Below are positions 45,816 to 55,879 of a DNA stretch of 64,000 bases, one piece after another. A program made the translations under genes and the position numbers. Positions within the stretch are counted from its first letter, which is position 1, and each line of letters opens with the position of its first letter. Below the pieces are notes generated by a model. The model was given only the letters and a program-made list of their open reading frames with translations, did no database searches and had not been told where the DNA came from. The stretch is from positions 242,715-306,714 of the IMG/VR virus record IMGVR_UViG_3300027668_000008, one strand, 5' to 3'.

Positions 45816-46952
45816 ATGCTTGATATATACGTGGACGGAGTAGATCCTAAGGAATACTTCACAGTAACATACAAACTAGAAGGTAACGACTTAAACAAGG
45901 CGGCATTTGGATTAGCAGTCGGGCAAAGTGTAGGTAACCCTAGTGTGAGAAATGAATATGAAACTCCGGAATTGATTAGTCAATACTCGGCGAAGATTAT
46001 TGGACAGCCGGCAGACTTCATAGGCAAGAGTGCAGGCATTGTAAAAATTGCATGGCCATATAGAATTATCGATTGGGAAACTGATGGTATATCACAATTA
46101 CTGTGTGTGCTAATGGGTGGACAAATGGACATTGATTATATTCACAGATGTGAATTGTTAGACTTGGATATCGACTTTGCATTATGTGATGCAGTAGCAC
46201 CACGTTACGGATTGTCAGGTATGAGAGAACTAACAGGTAATTACAACAAGCCACTGCTAGGCAGTATTGTTAAACCTAAAACAGGACTAACAGAGAAGGC
46301 ATTAGTAGAAATTGTTACTGCTTTTGTTGAAGGCGGAGTTGACTTTATTAAGGAAGATGAGATAATGGCAAACCCGGCTTGTTTGCCCCTTAAGACACGC
46401 ATAGACGTCATACAACGGGTTCTAGCAGGAACAAACATTGTATACTGCTATTGTATCAATAGTGATCCTTTACATTTATTAGATAGAGCTAAAATGGTTG
46501 CAGATGGCGGCGGCAATGGTGTACACGTTAACTTCTGGAGTGGACATGGATCATATAAAAGTATTAACAAGTTAAACTTACCTTTGTACATACATTATCA
46601 AAAGTCAGGCGATAAAGTAATAACTAGTACAAAGAATGCATACCGTATTAGTTGGTATGTGTTATGTAAGTTGGCAAGTATCTGTGGAGTGGATACAATC
46701 CATACAGGTATGTGGGGCGGGTATTTAAGTGATGATGAAAACGAACTAAAGAGCACAATGCATATGTTAAGTGGTAACAATGTAGTGCCTGCTTTAAGTT
46801 GCGGTATGACAGCAGAACTTATACCAGAAATAACAAGACGCTTCGGTGTCGACTATATGGCAAACGTTGGTGGAGCAATTCACGAACACCCAGATGGTAT
46901 GAAAGCCGGAGCTCATAAATTAAGAAAAGCAATAGATAGTGTAACTAGATGA
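45816..46952 (+). CDS. RuBisCO-like protein (form IV)
   Basis: GQSVG, KPKTGL, GGVDFIKEDE, GVDTIHTG, SCG, GGAIHEHPDG..AGA. Confidence 0.9.
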   Translation: MLDIYVDGVDPKEYFTVTYKLEGNDLNKAAFGLAVGQSVGNPSVRNEYETPELISQYSAKIIGQPADFIGKSAGIVKIAWPYRIIDWETDGISQLLCVLMGGQMDIDYIHRCELLDLDIDFALCDAVAPRYGLSGMRELTGNYNKPLLGSIVKPKTGLTEKALVEIVTAFVEGGVDFIKEDEIMANPACLPLKTRIDVIQRVLAGTNIVYCYCINSDPLHLLDRAKMVADGGGNGVHVNFWSGHGSYKSINKLNLPLYIHYQKSGDKVITSTKNAYRISWYVLCKLASICGVDTIHTGMWGGYLSDDENELKSTMHMLSGNNVVPALSCGMTAELIPEITRRFGVDYMANVGGAIHEHPDGMKAGAHKLRKAIDSVTR

Positions 46953-47116
46953 TTATAGATAAAAAAGATAAGAAAGATTATACAGCACCGACACCAGCAG
47001 AGCTTCAACGAAAACTCGACGAGCGAATGAAAAAGTTCTTAGACAAGGGAGGCAAAGTTGAAAAACTTGACCCAATGAAACCTACAAAGGAACAAATCAA
47101 GAGTTGGACAGTGTAG
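46949..47116 (+). CDS. 55-aa protein with SutA-like RNAP-binding motif (not in ORF track)
   Basis: MIIDKKDKKDYTAPTPAELQRKLDERMKKFLDKGGKVEKLDPMKPTKEQIKSWTV; overlaps both neighbours. Confidence 0.55.
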   Translation: MIIDKKDKKDYTAPTPAELQRKLDERMKKFLDKGGKVEKLDPMKPTKEQIKSWTV

Positions 47117-47814
47117 TGATTAACTATGTGTTTGATGTAGACGGCACACTTTCATACAGTAGAGAAGTTATGCCTCCTCATTTTAGGATCTGGTTTTTAA
47201 ACTGGATGAAAGGCAAGAATGTCTTTATTGTTACAGGTAGTGATAGACCTAAAACAATAGAACAGATTGGACACGAGATTGTAGACAACTGTGCTATGGT
47301 ATTCCAATGTGCTGGTAACAGTGTATGGCGTAATGGTATCGAAGTTGCTACTAGTAGTTTAAACGCTCCTGCAGATATGGACACATGGTTAGAAGCACAA
47401 GTAGACTTTAGTAAGTATCCACACAAGTACGGACACCACATTGAAAAGAGAGCAGGGCTAATAAACTTTAGTACTGTAGGACGTAATGCAGTAGGACCTG
47501 AACGTGACCATTACTTTAATTGGGATTGTAAAGAACAAGAACGTGTTAGTATATGTGAACACTTTAATAAAACTTTCCCAGGCTTTGAAGCAGAGCTAGG
47601 TGGGAACACAAGTATCGATATACATTTAAAAGGCAAGAACAAAGCACAGGTGTATGACATTATAGGATCGCCTATGGTGTTCTTTGGAGACAGAATTCAT
47701 GTTAATGGTAACGATAAACCACTAGCGGATAAAATGATACACCCACAGGATAAGTGGCATCAAGTCGATGGACCTTATACAACAGAAGACATACTTAAAA
47801 AAGATTATTCCTAA
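47116..47814 (+). CDS. HAD IIB phosphomannomutase-like enzyme
   Basis: FDVDGTL, VTGSD, IEKRAGLINFS..GRNA, GG..SIDI...GKNK, FFGD....GND; probable GTG start at 47116. Confidence 0.8.
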   Translation: MINYVFDVDGTLSYSREVMPPHFRIWFLNWMKGKNVFIVTGSDRPKTIEQIGHEIVDNCAMVFQCAGNSVWRNGIEVATSSLNAPADMDTWLEAQVDFSKYPHKYGHHIEKRAGLINFSTVGRNAVGPERDHYFNWDCKEQERVSICEHFNKTFPGFEAELGGNTSIDIHLKGKNKAQVYDIIGSPMVFFGDRIHVNGNDKPLADKMIHPQDKWHQVDGPYTTEDILKKDYS

Positions 47815-49172
47815 TGGACTTTATTGGCGCGAACCCACATGAGATGAAAGCAAAACTGAATGCAGTAGGACCTGGATTCTGTTTAGCCAAGTGGACACAA
47901 CTTACACTTAACTTACAAAATGGAACTGCACACAGTTGCCACCACCCACCAGTACATCAAGTACCTGTAAACGAAATTAAACTAGACCCTAGTTCATTAC
48001 ATAACTCCATTTATAAAAAACAACAACGTAAAGAAATGCTCGAAGGTGGTAGACCTAAAGAGTGTGATTACTGTTGGAGAGTTGAAGATGCAGATCCAAA
48101 TGCGTTAAGTGACAGACATTTAAAGAGTGCATTTAGTTGGAGCAACAAACACTTTGATACAATTAAAAACAATGATTGGAGTACAAACTTTCAGCCTAGT
48201 TATGTAGAAGTAAGTTTTGGATATGCTTGTAATTTTAAATGTATGTATTGCAGTCCTGCTATTAGTAGTTCATGGATGAAAGAAGTAAAACAACATGGCG
48301 GCTTTGGAACATCGGACAATTACAATGATATTAAATGGACTGAACGTCAAGGCAGAATGCCTATACCAGAACGAGAACATAATCCATATGTAGAAGCATT
48401 TTGGGAATGGTGGCCCGACTTGTATCCAGCCTTACATACATTCCGTGTTACAGGTGGCGAGCCACTTATGAATAAGAACACATTCAAGATGATGGATTGG
48501 ATTATTAATACTGAAACACCAAACACAAATTTGTTGTTAGGTATTAACAGTAACTTCTGTGTAGAGGATAAACTGTTTGACAGATTTATAGATAGATCAA
48601 AGCAAGTATTAGCAAGTGGCAAAGTTCGTAAACTAGAAGTGTACACAAGTGCAGAAGCATTTGGTAACAAAGCAGAATACATTAGAACTGGATTAGATTA
48701 TAAAAAGTTTATGAAGAATGTAGACTTTGTTTTAAATGAATTTAAAGACGAGCCCAATTTTAGTATTACATTTATGTGTACTTACAATGCATTAAGTGTT
48801 ACAACATTCAAAGACTTCTTAATAGACTTAATTGAATTAAGAAAAACATACGGTAGAGATTGTATGTATATCGATATACCTTTTCTTAGGTATCCAGAGA
48901 TGATGGATGTTAAAGTGCTTGACGATAGTTTCGAAAAGTACATGACCGACACTGTAACATATATGGAACAAAATGAATCTGAAGGATTGATGCATAGTAG
49001 TGAAACAGATAAACTAAAGCGTATTATAGAATACTGGCGTAGTCAACGTACAGTAGATCACACTAATCATAGGAAGAACTTTAAAGTATACACTGCAGAA
49101 CTAGATACACGCAGAAATACAGTGTTCGCTGATGTTTTCCCCGAATATATGCAGTGGTTCGATGCAATTTAA
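47814..49172 (+). CDS. Radical SAM enzyme with N-terminal twitch-like auxiliary Fe-S domain
   Basis: CNFKCMYC, TGGEP; N-terminal FCLAKW...SC...CDYC. Confidence 0.85.
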   Translation: MDFIGANPHEMKAKLNAVGPGFCLAKWTQLTLNLQNGTAHSCHHPPVHQVPVNEIKLDPSSLHNSIYKKQQRKEMLEGGRPKECDYCWRVEDADPNALSDRHLKSAFSWSNKHFDTIKNNDWSTNFQPSYVEVSFGYACNFKCMYCSPAISSSWMKEVKQHGGFGTSDNYNDIKWTERQGRMPIPEREHNPYVEAFWEWWPDLYPALHTFRVTGGEPLMNKNTFKMMDWIINTETPNTNLLLGINSNFCVEDKLFDRFIDRSKQVLASGKVRKLEVYTSAEAFGNKAEYIRTGLDYKKFMKNVDFVLNEFKDEPNFSITFMCTYNALSVTTFKDFLIDLIELRKTYGRDCMYIDIPFLRYPEMMDVKVLDDSFEKYMTDTVTYMEQNESEGLMHSSETDKLKRIIEYWRSQRTVDHTNHRKNFKVYTAELDTRRNTVFADVFPEYMQWFDAI

Positions 49173-50379
49173 CACAATTTATATAAATAACATTAGTAAA
49201 GAAATAGATCAGAGTATTGTTGATGCAATATCAACTACAAGCCTGTTAGATCAATCTAACAACTCTGACACAATCCCAGACAGAGTACATTCTCTAATCA
49301 CAAACACTGGGACAAAAAATCCGTATTTTATATTAAATGGACCTTGTAAATGGTTCGCATCTTGGTCGGATACACGGATTAACTTCTCTCGTCATACAGA
49401 GGTATACTTCTTTTTATACGAAGTATTAACAGTATGGCAAAATCACTCCAGATATAATTGTCCAGTGGGTAGTATAGAAAAAGACTGTATAATCAATGAA
49501 TTCGAAATGATCGATACATGGTGCAAGAAGCACAACGTTAGTAAGTATAAAATATTTACAAATGAGTATCGCATGAAAGAACAATTACAGCAAACGAAAT
49601 ACGCCAACTGGGCAATATATCCTTTAGACACATTCTCATTAAGTTATAGTTCTCATAAAAAGCAACCTAGTCAAGGTGCTCCTGAGGAAATCAAACACAA
49701 ATTAAATTGCTTTACATACCGCTGGGATCAACATAGACATTCTGCAGTAGCAATTCTTCACGACATTATGCCTGAGGATAGTGTCATGACACACTTTCAC
49801 AATACAGATGATTGTGTATTAAAATATCCTTTAGACAACAGCAAGTACTTCGAATCTTATACTAGAGGTTGTAACGACCTTATGAACCATTTACCTTTAG
49901 TAGTTGATGAACCAATTGAAACAAAAGTAGTTAGTATGAGAGATTGGCTTAACCCAAGTACAGGAACAATAAATAATATAGGTACAGTTGATCCACTAGA
50001 AAACTTATACTGGAATTCATTTGCTAGTGTAGTGTGTGAAACAAACTATGAATATCCTTGGGGTCAGATTAGTGAGAAGACTATTAACCCAATGAAACAG
50101 GGATCGCCTGTACTACTGTTAGCAGGTCCACACAGTTTAGAACTATTGCAACAATGGGGACTGAAAACATTCCACGAATTTTGGGACGAAGGTTATGACA
50201 ATGAACTGGATCCTGTCAAACGTATGGATAAGGTATTTGATATCGTAACAGACATCAGTAACTTATCATACCATGAGTTAGAAGTAATAAAGAAACATAT
50301 GAAACCCTTACTTGTACACAACCGTAATTTAATACGAACAGGTGAGATGCGAAATAATATTATAAAGGCACTACAATGA
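49162..50379 (+). CDS. Hypothetical protein with glycosyltransferase-like C-terminus
   Basis: VVCET...ISEKT..P...P......L..L...G.KTF..FWDEGYD; start probably ATG 49162. Confidence 0.45.
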   Translation: MQFNTIYINNISKEIDQSIVDAISTTSLLDQSNNSDTIPDRVHSLITNTGTKNPYFILNGPCKWFASWSDTRINFSRHTEVYFFLYEVLTVWQNHSRYNCPVGSIEKDCIINEFEMIDTWCKKHNVSKYKIFTNEYRMKEQLQQTKYANWAIYPLDTFSLSYSSHKKQPSQGAPEEIKHKLNCFTYRWDQHRHSAVAILHDIMPEDSVMTHFHNTDDCVLKYPLDNSKYFESYTRGCNDLMNHLPLVVDEPIETKVVSMRDWLNPSTGTINNIGTVDPLENLYWNSFASVVCETNYEYPWGQISEKTINPMKQGSPVLLLAGPHSLELLQQWGLKTFHEFWDEGYDNELDPVKRMDKVFDIVTDISNLSYHELEVIKKHMKPLLVHNRNLIRTGEMRNNIIKALQ

Positions 50380-51518
50380 ATATAGGTTGGTTTGGATTAG
50401 GAAAACTTGGAATGATCAGTTCCGAGATGCTAGTTAGTAAAGGACATACAGTTACAGGGTATGACACAAAAGAACGCACTAGTGAGCTTGTACGAGTGTC
50501 TAAGACACCGGAAGAAGCAGTTGTAGGACAGGACTTTGTTTTTGTTGCAGTACAAACTCCACACGATAAAGACTATGGTGGAGAGAAGCCTATAACACAT
50601 TTACCAAACAAAGACTTTGGTTTAGATCCTGTTAAAGAATGCTTAAAAGAAATTAACAAATATGCAACAGAAGATACTATTGTTGTATTAATTAGTACAG
50701 TGTTACCTGGTACTACACGCAGAGAGTTTGCGAACTTGTTAGACAAAGCAAGATTAATTTATAACCCGTACTTAATTGCTATGGGTACAGTTGCATACGA
50801 TATGGTAAATCCAGATATGGTTATCGTAGGAGGCAACAGACCTAACGATACTGATGCACAAGCATTAGTAAACTTTTATAAAACAGTAATGGAGAATGAT
50901 CCACATTATAATATTGGAACATGGGAAGAAGCAGAAGCAACAAAGATATTTTATAACACCTTTATTAGTGCGAGGTTGAGTCTAGTTAATATGATTCAAG
51001 ACGTTGCCCAAAGTGTAGGTAATATGAATGTCGATGTTGTAACTAATAGTCTGAGTAACGCAGGACAACGTATAACCAGTGCCGCTTATATGAAAGCAGG
51101 CATGGGCGATGGCGGTCCTTGTCACCCTAGAGATAATATTGCATTAAGACATCTTGCAGAAAGATTGGATCTAGGTTACGACTTGTTTGACGCCATTGCT
51201 AAAAGTAGAGAAGTACAAGCCGAACGTATGGCAAAAGATATATTAAGGTATGGAAATGAAATTGCATTTACGAGCGATACATATAAGCCAGGAGTAGAAT
51301 ACACTGACGGATCCTATGCTCTACTAGTACAACATTATATTAAAAACATGGGTGGGACTATTACTAATGGACCAGCAAAGGTTCTAGTAATAACTCACCC
51401 TGTTGATACAATTGAGTTACCAAGACAAACAGAAATAGTATTTGATCCATGGAGACAGTTTATGACCATTGGACACCACGGAGTGAAAGTTATTCATTAT
51501 GGAAACACACGAGCTTAG
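50376..51518 (+). CDS. UDP-glucose/GDP-mannose dehydrogenase family protein
   Basis: GLGKLG, VAVQTP, STVLPGTT, YNP, K..YN, GDGGPCHPRD, DPW. Confidence 0.85.
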   Translation: MNIGWFGLGKLGMISSEMLVSKGHTVTGYDTKERTSELVRVSKTPEEAVVGQDFVFVAVQTPHDKDYGGEKPITHLPNKDFGLDPVKECLKEINKYATEDTIVVLISTVLPGTTRREFANLLDKARLIYNPYLIAMGTVAYDMVNPDMVIVGGNRPNDTDAQALVNFYKTVMENDPHYNIGTWEEAEATKIFYNTFISARLSLVNMIQDVAQSVGNMNVDVVTNSLSNAGQRITSAAYMKAGMGDGGPCHPRDNIALRHLAERLDLGYDLFDAIAKSREVQAERMAKDILRYGNEIAFTSDTYKPGVEYTDGSYALLVQHYIKNMGGTITNGPAKVLVITHPVDTIELPRQTEIVFDPWRQFMTIGHHGVKVIHYGNTRA

Positions 51519-52023
51519 TCCTCTAGAGTATCATACTATAGAACTTGATCCTGTTTGGGAGACAAGTGACTTCGATCAATTTGAATATAAACGAAATGAA
51601 TACGGAGACATGGAGCAACTAGCGAAATGGAAGACTGCTGGACATACACATAATAACTTTACTGGTATGATGTTTAATGATCAGTTAGCAATTCCACAAT
51701 GGGCAAAAGACATTGGTAAAATATTAGATTGGAAAGACTGCGGTTTTACATTCTACAAGATGACAACGGGCGACATACTGCCGCCACACGCAGACCATTA
51801 CAACAAGTATAAAGAACTTTTTGGTATTGAGTCTAGCGATGATGTGTTACGTTGTTTAGTATTCTTGGAAGACAAAAAACAAGGGCACATATTTGAAATA
51901 GACCAGTACAGTATGAACTGGCACAAAGGAGGTGCCGTACTATGGAGAGGAAGAGTTCCACATAGTGCAGGTAACATAGGTTATGAATCAAGATACACAT
52001 TACAAATTACAGGACATTATTAA
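51499..52023 (+). CDS. 2OG-Fe(II) oxygenase-like protein
   Basis: LPPHAD (HxD), PHSAGN and RYTLQITG. Confidence 0.7.
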   Translation: METHELSPLEYHTIELDPVWETSDFDQFEYKRNEYGDMEQLAKWKTAGHTHNNFTGMMFNDQLAIPQWAKDIGKILDWKDCGFTFYKMTTGDILPPHADHYNKYKELFGIESSDDVLRCLVFLEDKKQGHIFEIDQYSMNWHKGGAVLWRGRVPHSAGNIGYESRYTLQITGHY

Positions 52024-52681
52024 ACTCGACACACTAGAGTTGTTGCGTGAATATGGTGTTAGTTGGAATAGTCCATACGACATTATACTAGAATTTGAAA
52101 GACGTTTAGCAACGTTCACAGGATCACCGTATGTAGTAACAACAGACTGTTGCACTCATGCACTTGAGTTATGCATACGTTGGTACAGACAACGACATCC
52201 AAGTCGTGTTCCGTCTATTACTATACCGGATCAAACATACCTTAGTGTTCCAATGATGTTGCAAAAGGTTGGAGCATCATTTACTATATCTGATAAAGAA
52301 TGGATAGGTGAATACCAACTAGGACAGTTGCCTATATATGATAGTGCAAGACGATTACAACACAATATGTATGAAGAAGATACCTTTAAATGCTTGAGTT
52401 TCGGACACGGAAAACCGTTGACAATCGGCAAAGGAGGTGCTATAATATTAGATAATAGAGAAGCCTACGACTGGATGATTCGTGCTAGATACGATGGTAG
52501 AGACCTTAACGTGTCTCCCTGGGATAAAGAGCAATATGAAACAGTAGGTTACCATTACTATATGTCGCCAGAACAAGCGGCAGTTGGTATTGTAAAATTA
52601 GATGAGTACAAAGATACTGCACCAATAAAAGTAAAGTATCCGAGTATTACAAAATGTTTTAAGATGGGGAATAATACATGA
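51983..52681 (+). CDS. DegT/DnrJ/StrS PLP-dependent sugar aminotransferase (short form)
   Basis: FERRLATFTG...DCCTHALEL, TY.S, DSA, CLSFGHGKPL..GKGG. Confidence 0.8.
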   Translation: MNQDTHYKLQDIIKLDTLELLREYGVSWNSPYDIILEFERRLATFTGSPYVVTTDCCTHALELCIRWYRQRHPSRVPSITIPDQTYLSVPMMLQKVGASFTISDKEWIGEYQLGQLPIYDSARRLQHNMYEEDTFKCLSFGHGKPLTIGKGGAIILDNREAYDWMIRARYDGRDLNVSPWDKEQYETVGYHYYMSPEQAAVGIVKLDEYKDTAPIKVKYPSITKCFKMGNNT

Positions 52682-53682
52682 TTATAGAATCGCATAATGA
52701 ATGGGATCCATTAAAGAAGGTTGTACTAGGTGATGTGCATGGAGCAAGATTCCCAAAGTATGATGACGTATTTAATGAAGTTGCAAAACACAGTAAGTGG
52801 ACAGAGTCGGCACAGCCACTAGGACCAATTAATCAAGACGTACTAGACTTAACAGACCATGAACTCAGAGAGTTTGAAAATGTGTTAACAGAGTTAGGTG
52901 TCGAAGTGTTACGTCCGAGGCAGTTAGACTTTCAACAAACAGTACACGGTTATAGATACTTTGCAGATGGTATGTATAATTATTGCCCACGTGACATTAT
53001 ACTTGTTGTAGGTAATACAGTAATTGAAACTCCTGTATTGTTTCACAGTAGGTTTCACGAAACAGAAGCATATAGAGATATTAAAAACAAGGCTATGGCT
53101 TCAGGAGTTAAATGGATTAGTGCTCCAAGACACGCACTACCAGTACACGAAGTATTTGAGAATGGAAAACTTACAGAGAAGACTCCAATCTTTGATGCGG
53201 CTAACGTAATGCGTTTTGGTAATGACTTGTTGTACTTAAAAAGTCAAACAGGTAATGCCGCGGGTGCTCAATGGTTAAGTACAGTGCTTGGTTCAGAATA
53301 TACAGTTCACATATGGGAAGATGTTTATGCGTTTGCACACATTGATAGTACTATTGCGGCACTGAATGAATCGACATTATTAATTAACAAACAACGAGTT
53401 AAGCCTTCACAGTTACCAACGTTTTTGAAAAAGCACAAACGTATCTGGGTTGACAGTGTAGAGGACATGGAGTTTCATAAATATCCATATGCTAGTAACT
53501 GGATTGGAATGAATGTGTTAAGCATTGATCCTAAAACAGTTGTCGTCGATCCTAGACAAAGAAAATTAATTAAAAAGTTAGAGAAAGCAAAGTTCGAAGT
53601 AGTACCTGTACAACTTACACACAGTCGTACACTAGGCGGCGGACATCATTGCGTTACATTAGATTTGGAGAGGCGAGCATAA
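52678..53682 (+). CDS. Amidinotransferase (glycine/inosamine-phosphate amidinotransferase family)
   Basis: SHNEWDPLK.V, CPRD, FDAAN, TGN..G..W, HIDST, GGGHHCVTLDL; Asp-His-Cys triad present. Confidence 0.9.
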   Translation: MIIESHNEWDPLKKVVLGDVHGARFPKYDDVFNEVAKHSKWTESAQPLGPINQDVLDLTDHELREFENVLTELGVEVLRPRQLDFQQTVHGYRYFADGMYNYCPRDIILVVGNTVIETPVLFHSRFHETEAYRDIKNKAMASGVKWISAPRHALPVHEVFENGKLTEKTPIFDAANVMRFGNDLLYLKSQTGNAAGAQWLSTVLGSEYTVHIWEDVYAFAHIDSTIAALNESTLLINKQRVKPSQLPTFLKKHKRIWVDSVEDMEFHKYPYASNWIGMNVLSIDPKTVVVDPRQRKLIKKLEKAKFEVVPVQLTHSRTLGGGHHCVTLDLERRA

Positions 53683-55208
53683 TGTTAACACTTGGAGTAG
53701 CGGCTGGCTTCCATGATGCAGGATTGGCAGTTGTAGATGATGGTGAGATTGTTTTTGCTGGACACAGTGAACGTTACAGTAAACAAAAACACGACAAAGA
53801 TTTACATATCGACATTGTTAAAAAAGGTTTAAGTTATGGAACACCAGACGTTATAGGTTATTACGAAACACCTTGGCTTAAAAAGACAAGAGAATTATAT
53901 GCAGGACAAGGATTCTTTGGAGACCGAAGTAGTGCATGGACAACTAAAGGTGCTCTTAAGAATCAATTTACTTTTTTGAAAACAGGATTAGCGTCCGGAC
54001 AAGAAACAAAGTTGTTACCTAACACAAAAATTGAAACATACAGACACCACCACAGTCATGCGGCGGCAGGATTTCAAACAAGTCCATTCGATGATGCAAC
54101 AGTTGTTGTTATAGATGCTATAGGTGAATGGGAAACTATTACTATATGGCACGCCGAGTATGATAGTAATATGAAAGCAACGTATAAGAAGTTGTGGAGT
54201 CAAAAGTATCCACACAGTATTGGATTATATTACAGTGCTATGACACATCGACTAGGCTTACGTCCATTAGATGAAGAATATATTATGATGGGTATGGCTG
54301 GTTGGGGAGAACCTAAACACCACGACGAGATTTATGATGCACTACTGCACGATGACGCAACAGGCAGACTTGCACACAACTTACACATTGGTGTCGACGA
54401 AGACTTTCTTAAAGATGCAAATGAATATGACATAGCCGCAAGTGCTCAGTCAGTTGTAGAGAAAATGATCGACAACGTTATGGCAAGAGCAAGAGGATTT
54501 AATAAGAGTCGCAATCTAGTTTACATGGGCGGCGTTGCTCTTAACTGTTTATACAACCGTAACTTAGGTAAGTTCTTTGATGACATTTGGATTATGCCCA
54601 ACCCAGGAGACTGCGGAAGTGCATTAGGTGCCGCGGCATTGGCATACGGAGGCAAACTTCGTTGGGAGACTCCATTCTTAGGTACGCCTATTGTTGGTGC
54701 GTATCCAGTTGATGACCTTATTGATGAACTACAAACTAATAAGATTGTAGGAGTAGCAAGTGGTAAAGCAGAGTTTGGCCCACGTGCATTAGGTAACAGA
54801 AGTTTATTAGCAGATCCACGTGGTCCTGAGATTAAAGATAAAGTAAATGATATTAAACGTAGACAAAAGTTTAGACCATTTGCTCCGTTAATATTAGAAG
54901 AACACGTTAATGAATATTTTGAAATGCCAGAAAACTTACCTACTAGTCCTTATATGCAAGTAGTTGCAAAGTGTAAGAGACCAGAAGACTTTCCGGCAAT
55001 CATACACGTTGATGGAACTAGTCGTGTACAAACCGTAAGCAAAGACTTCCCAAGTGGTATTAGAGACCTTTTAGAAAGATGGTATGTACTTACAGGTTGT
55101 CCTATATTATTAAACACAAGTTTAAACATCAGAGGCGAGCCTATGGTAGACACTAGATTAGATGCAGACAGGTTCGAAGCAATGTACGGCGTTAAGGTGT
55201 GTAGTTAA
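53682..55208 (+). CDS. O-carbamoyltransferase (NodU/CmcH/TobZ family)
   Basis: HDAG, ERY, HHHSHAA, DAIGE, GGVALN, EFGPRALGNRS, FRPFAP, LNTSLN; start ATG 53682. Confidence 0.92.
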   Translation: MLTLGVAAGFHDAGLAVVDDGEIVFAGHSERYSKQKHDKDLHIDIVKKGLSYGTPDVIGYYETPWLKKTRELYAGQGFFGDRSSAWTTKGALKNQFTFLKTGLASGQETKLLPNTKIETYRHHHSHAAAGFQTSPFDDATVVVIDAIGEWETITIWHAEYDSNMKATYKKLWSQKYPHSIGLYYSAMTHRLGLRPLDEEYIMMGMAGWGEPKHHDEIYDALLHDDATGRLAHNLHIGVDEDFLKDANEYDIAASAQSVVEKMIDNVMARARGFNKSRNLVYMGGVALNCLYNRNLGKFFDDIWIMPNPGDCGSALGAAALAYGGKLRWETPFLGTPIVGAYPVDDLIDELQTNKIVGVASGKAEFGPRALGNRSLLADPRGPEIKDKVNDIKRRQKFRPFAPLILEEHVNEYFEMPENLPTSPYMQVVAKCKRPEDFPAIIHVDGTSRVQTVSKDFPSGIRDLLERWYVLTGCPILLNTSLNIRGEPMVDTRLDADRFEAMYGVKVCS

Positions 55209-55879
55209 TGTTTGATATTATTTTTATGAGTTATGAAGAACCTAATGCAGATAAGCATTGGGATTTAGTTAAGAAGAAGTTTCCGTGGGCAAGACGAAGC
55301 CACGGAGTAAAAGGATTACCAACTGCACACCAGGCGTGTGCAAAGATGGCTCGTACTGAAATGTATTATGTTGTCGAAGGTGACAATCATATTACAGAAG
55401 ACTTCGATCCAAGTTTTAAACCAGACAAGTACGGCAAGGATGCAGTATATGTATACCGAGCTCGTAACAGTGTTAATGACTTAGTTTATGGTTACAGTGG
55501 TATTAAATTATTCCCTACACAAAAGGTATTAGACGTTGATGTAGAAACAGTAGTAGACTTTACAACTGCTATTAGTACAAAGTTTGTACCTTACCCTGTT
55601 GTAGGAAGTATAGTACATTACGATACTGATCCTTTCAATACATGGAAGGCGGCATTTAGAGAGTGTACTAAACTAACAAGTAAGATTATACCTGGACAAA
55701 AGAACGACGAAGACGATGCCAGACTCAAGGTATGGACTACTGTTGGCAACGGACTATACGGTGACTACAGTACTGCTGGTGCAAGAGCAGGAGCAGAGTA
55801 TGGTAAGAACAATAACGATTACACAAACATTAATAATTGGGAATGGTTAAAGGAAAGATTTGAACAAAAAACAAATTAA
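55208..55879 (+). CDS. Glycosyltransferase-like protein, paralogue of 37401
   Basis: DIIFMSYEEPNA, GVKG...AH, VEGDN, YGYSGIKL, AFREC.KL. Confidence 0.6.
   Translation: MFDIIFMSYEEPNADKHWDLVKKKFPWARRSHGVKGLPTAHQACAKMARTEMYYVVEGDNHITEDFDPSFKPDKYGKDAVYVYRARNSVNDLVYGYSGIKLFPTQKVLDVDVETVVDFTTAISTKFVPYPVVGSIVHYDTDPFNTWKAAFRECTKLTSKIIPGQKNDEDDARLKVWTTVGNGLYGDYSTAGARAGAEYGKNNNDYTNINNWEWLKERFEQKTN

Noticed and set aside
45816-46952. True CO2-fixing RuBisCO as an auxiliary metabolic gene
   Set aside because: Lacks the H294 and K334 equivalents, is short (378 aa), and no small subunit or phosphoribulokinase is present; it is a form IV protein.
40523-55208. Saxitoxin-like pathway (amidinotransferase, carbamoyltransferase, GDSL proteins, 2OG oxygenase, PFIY-like peptide)
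   Set aside because: No SxtA-like PKS/AONS, Rieske oxygenases or cytidine deaminase-like cyclase; the context is dominated by NDP-sugar enzymes.
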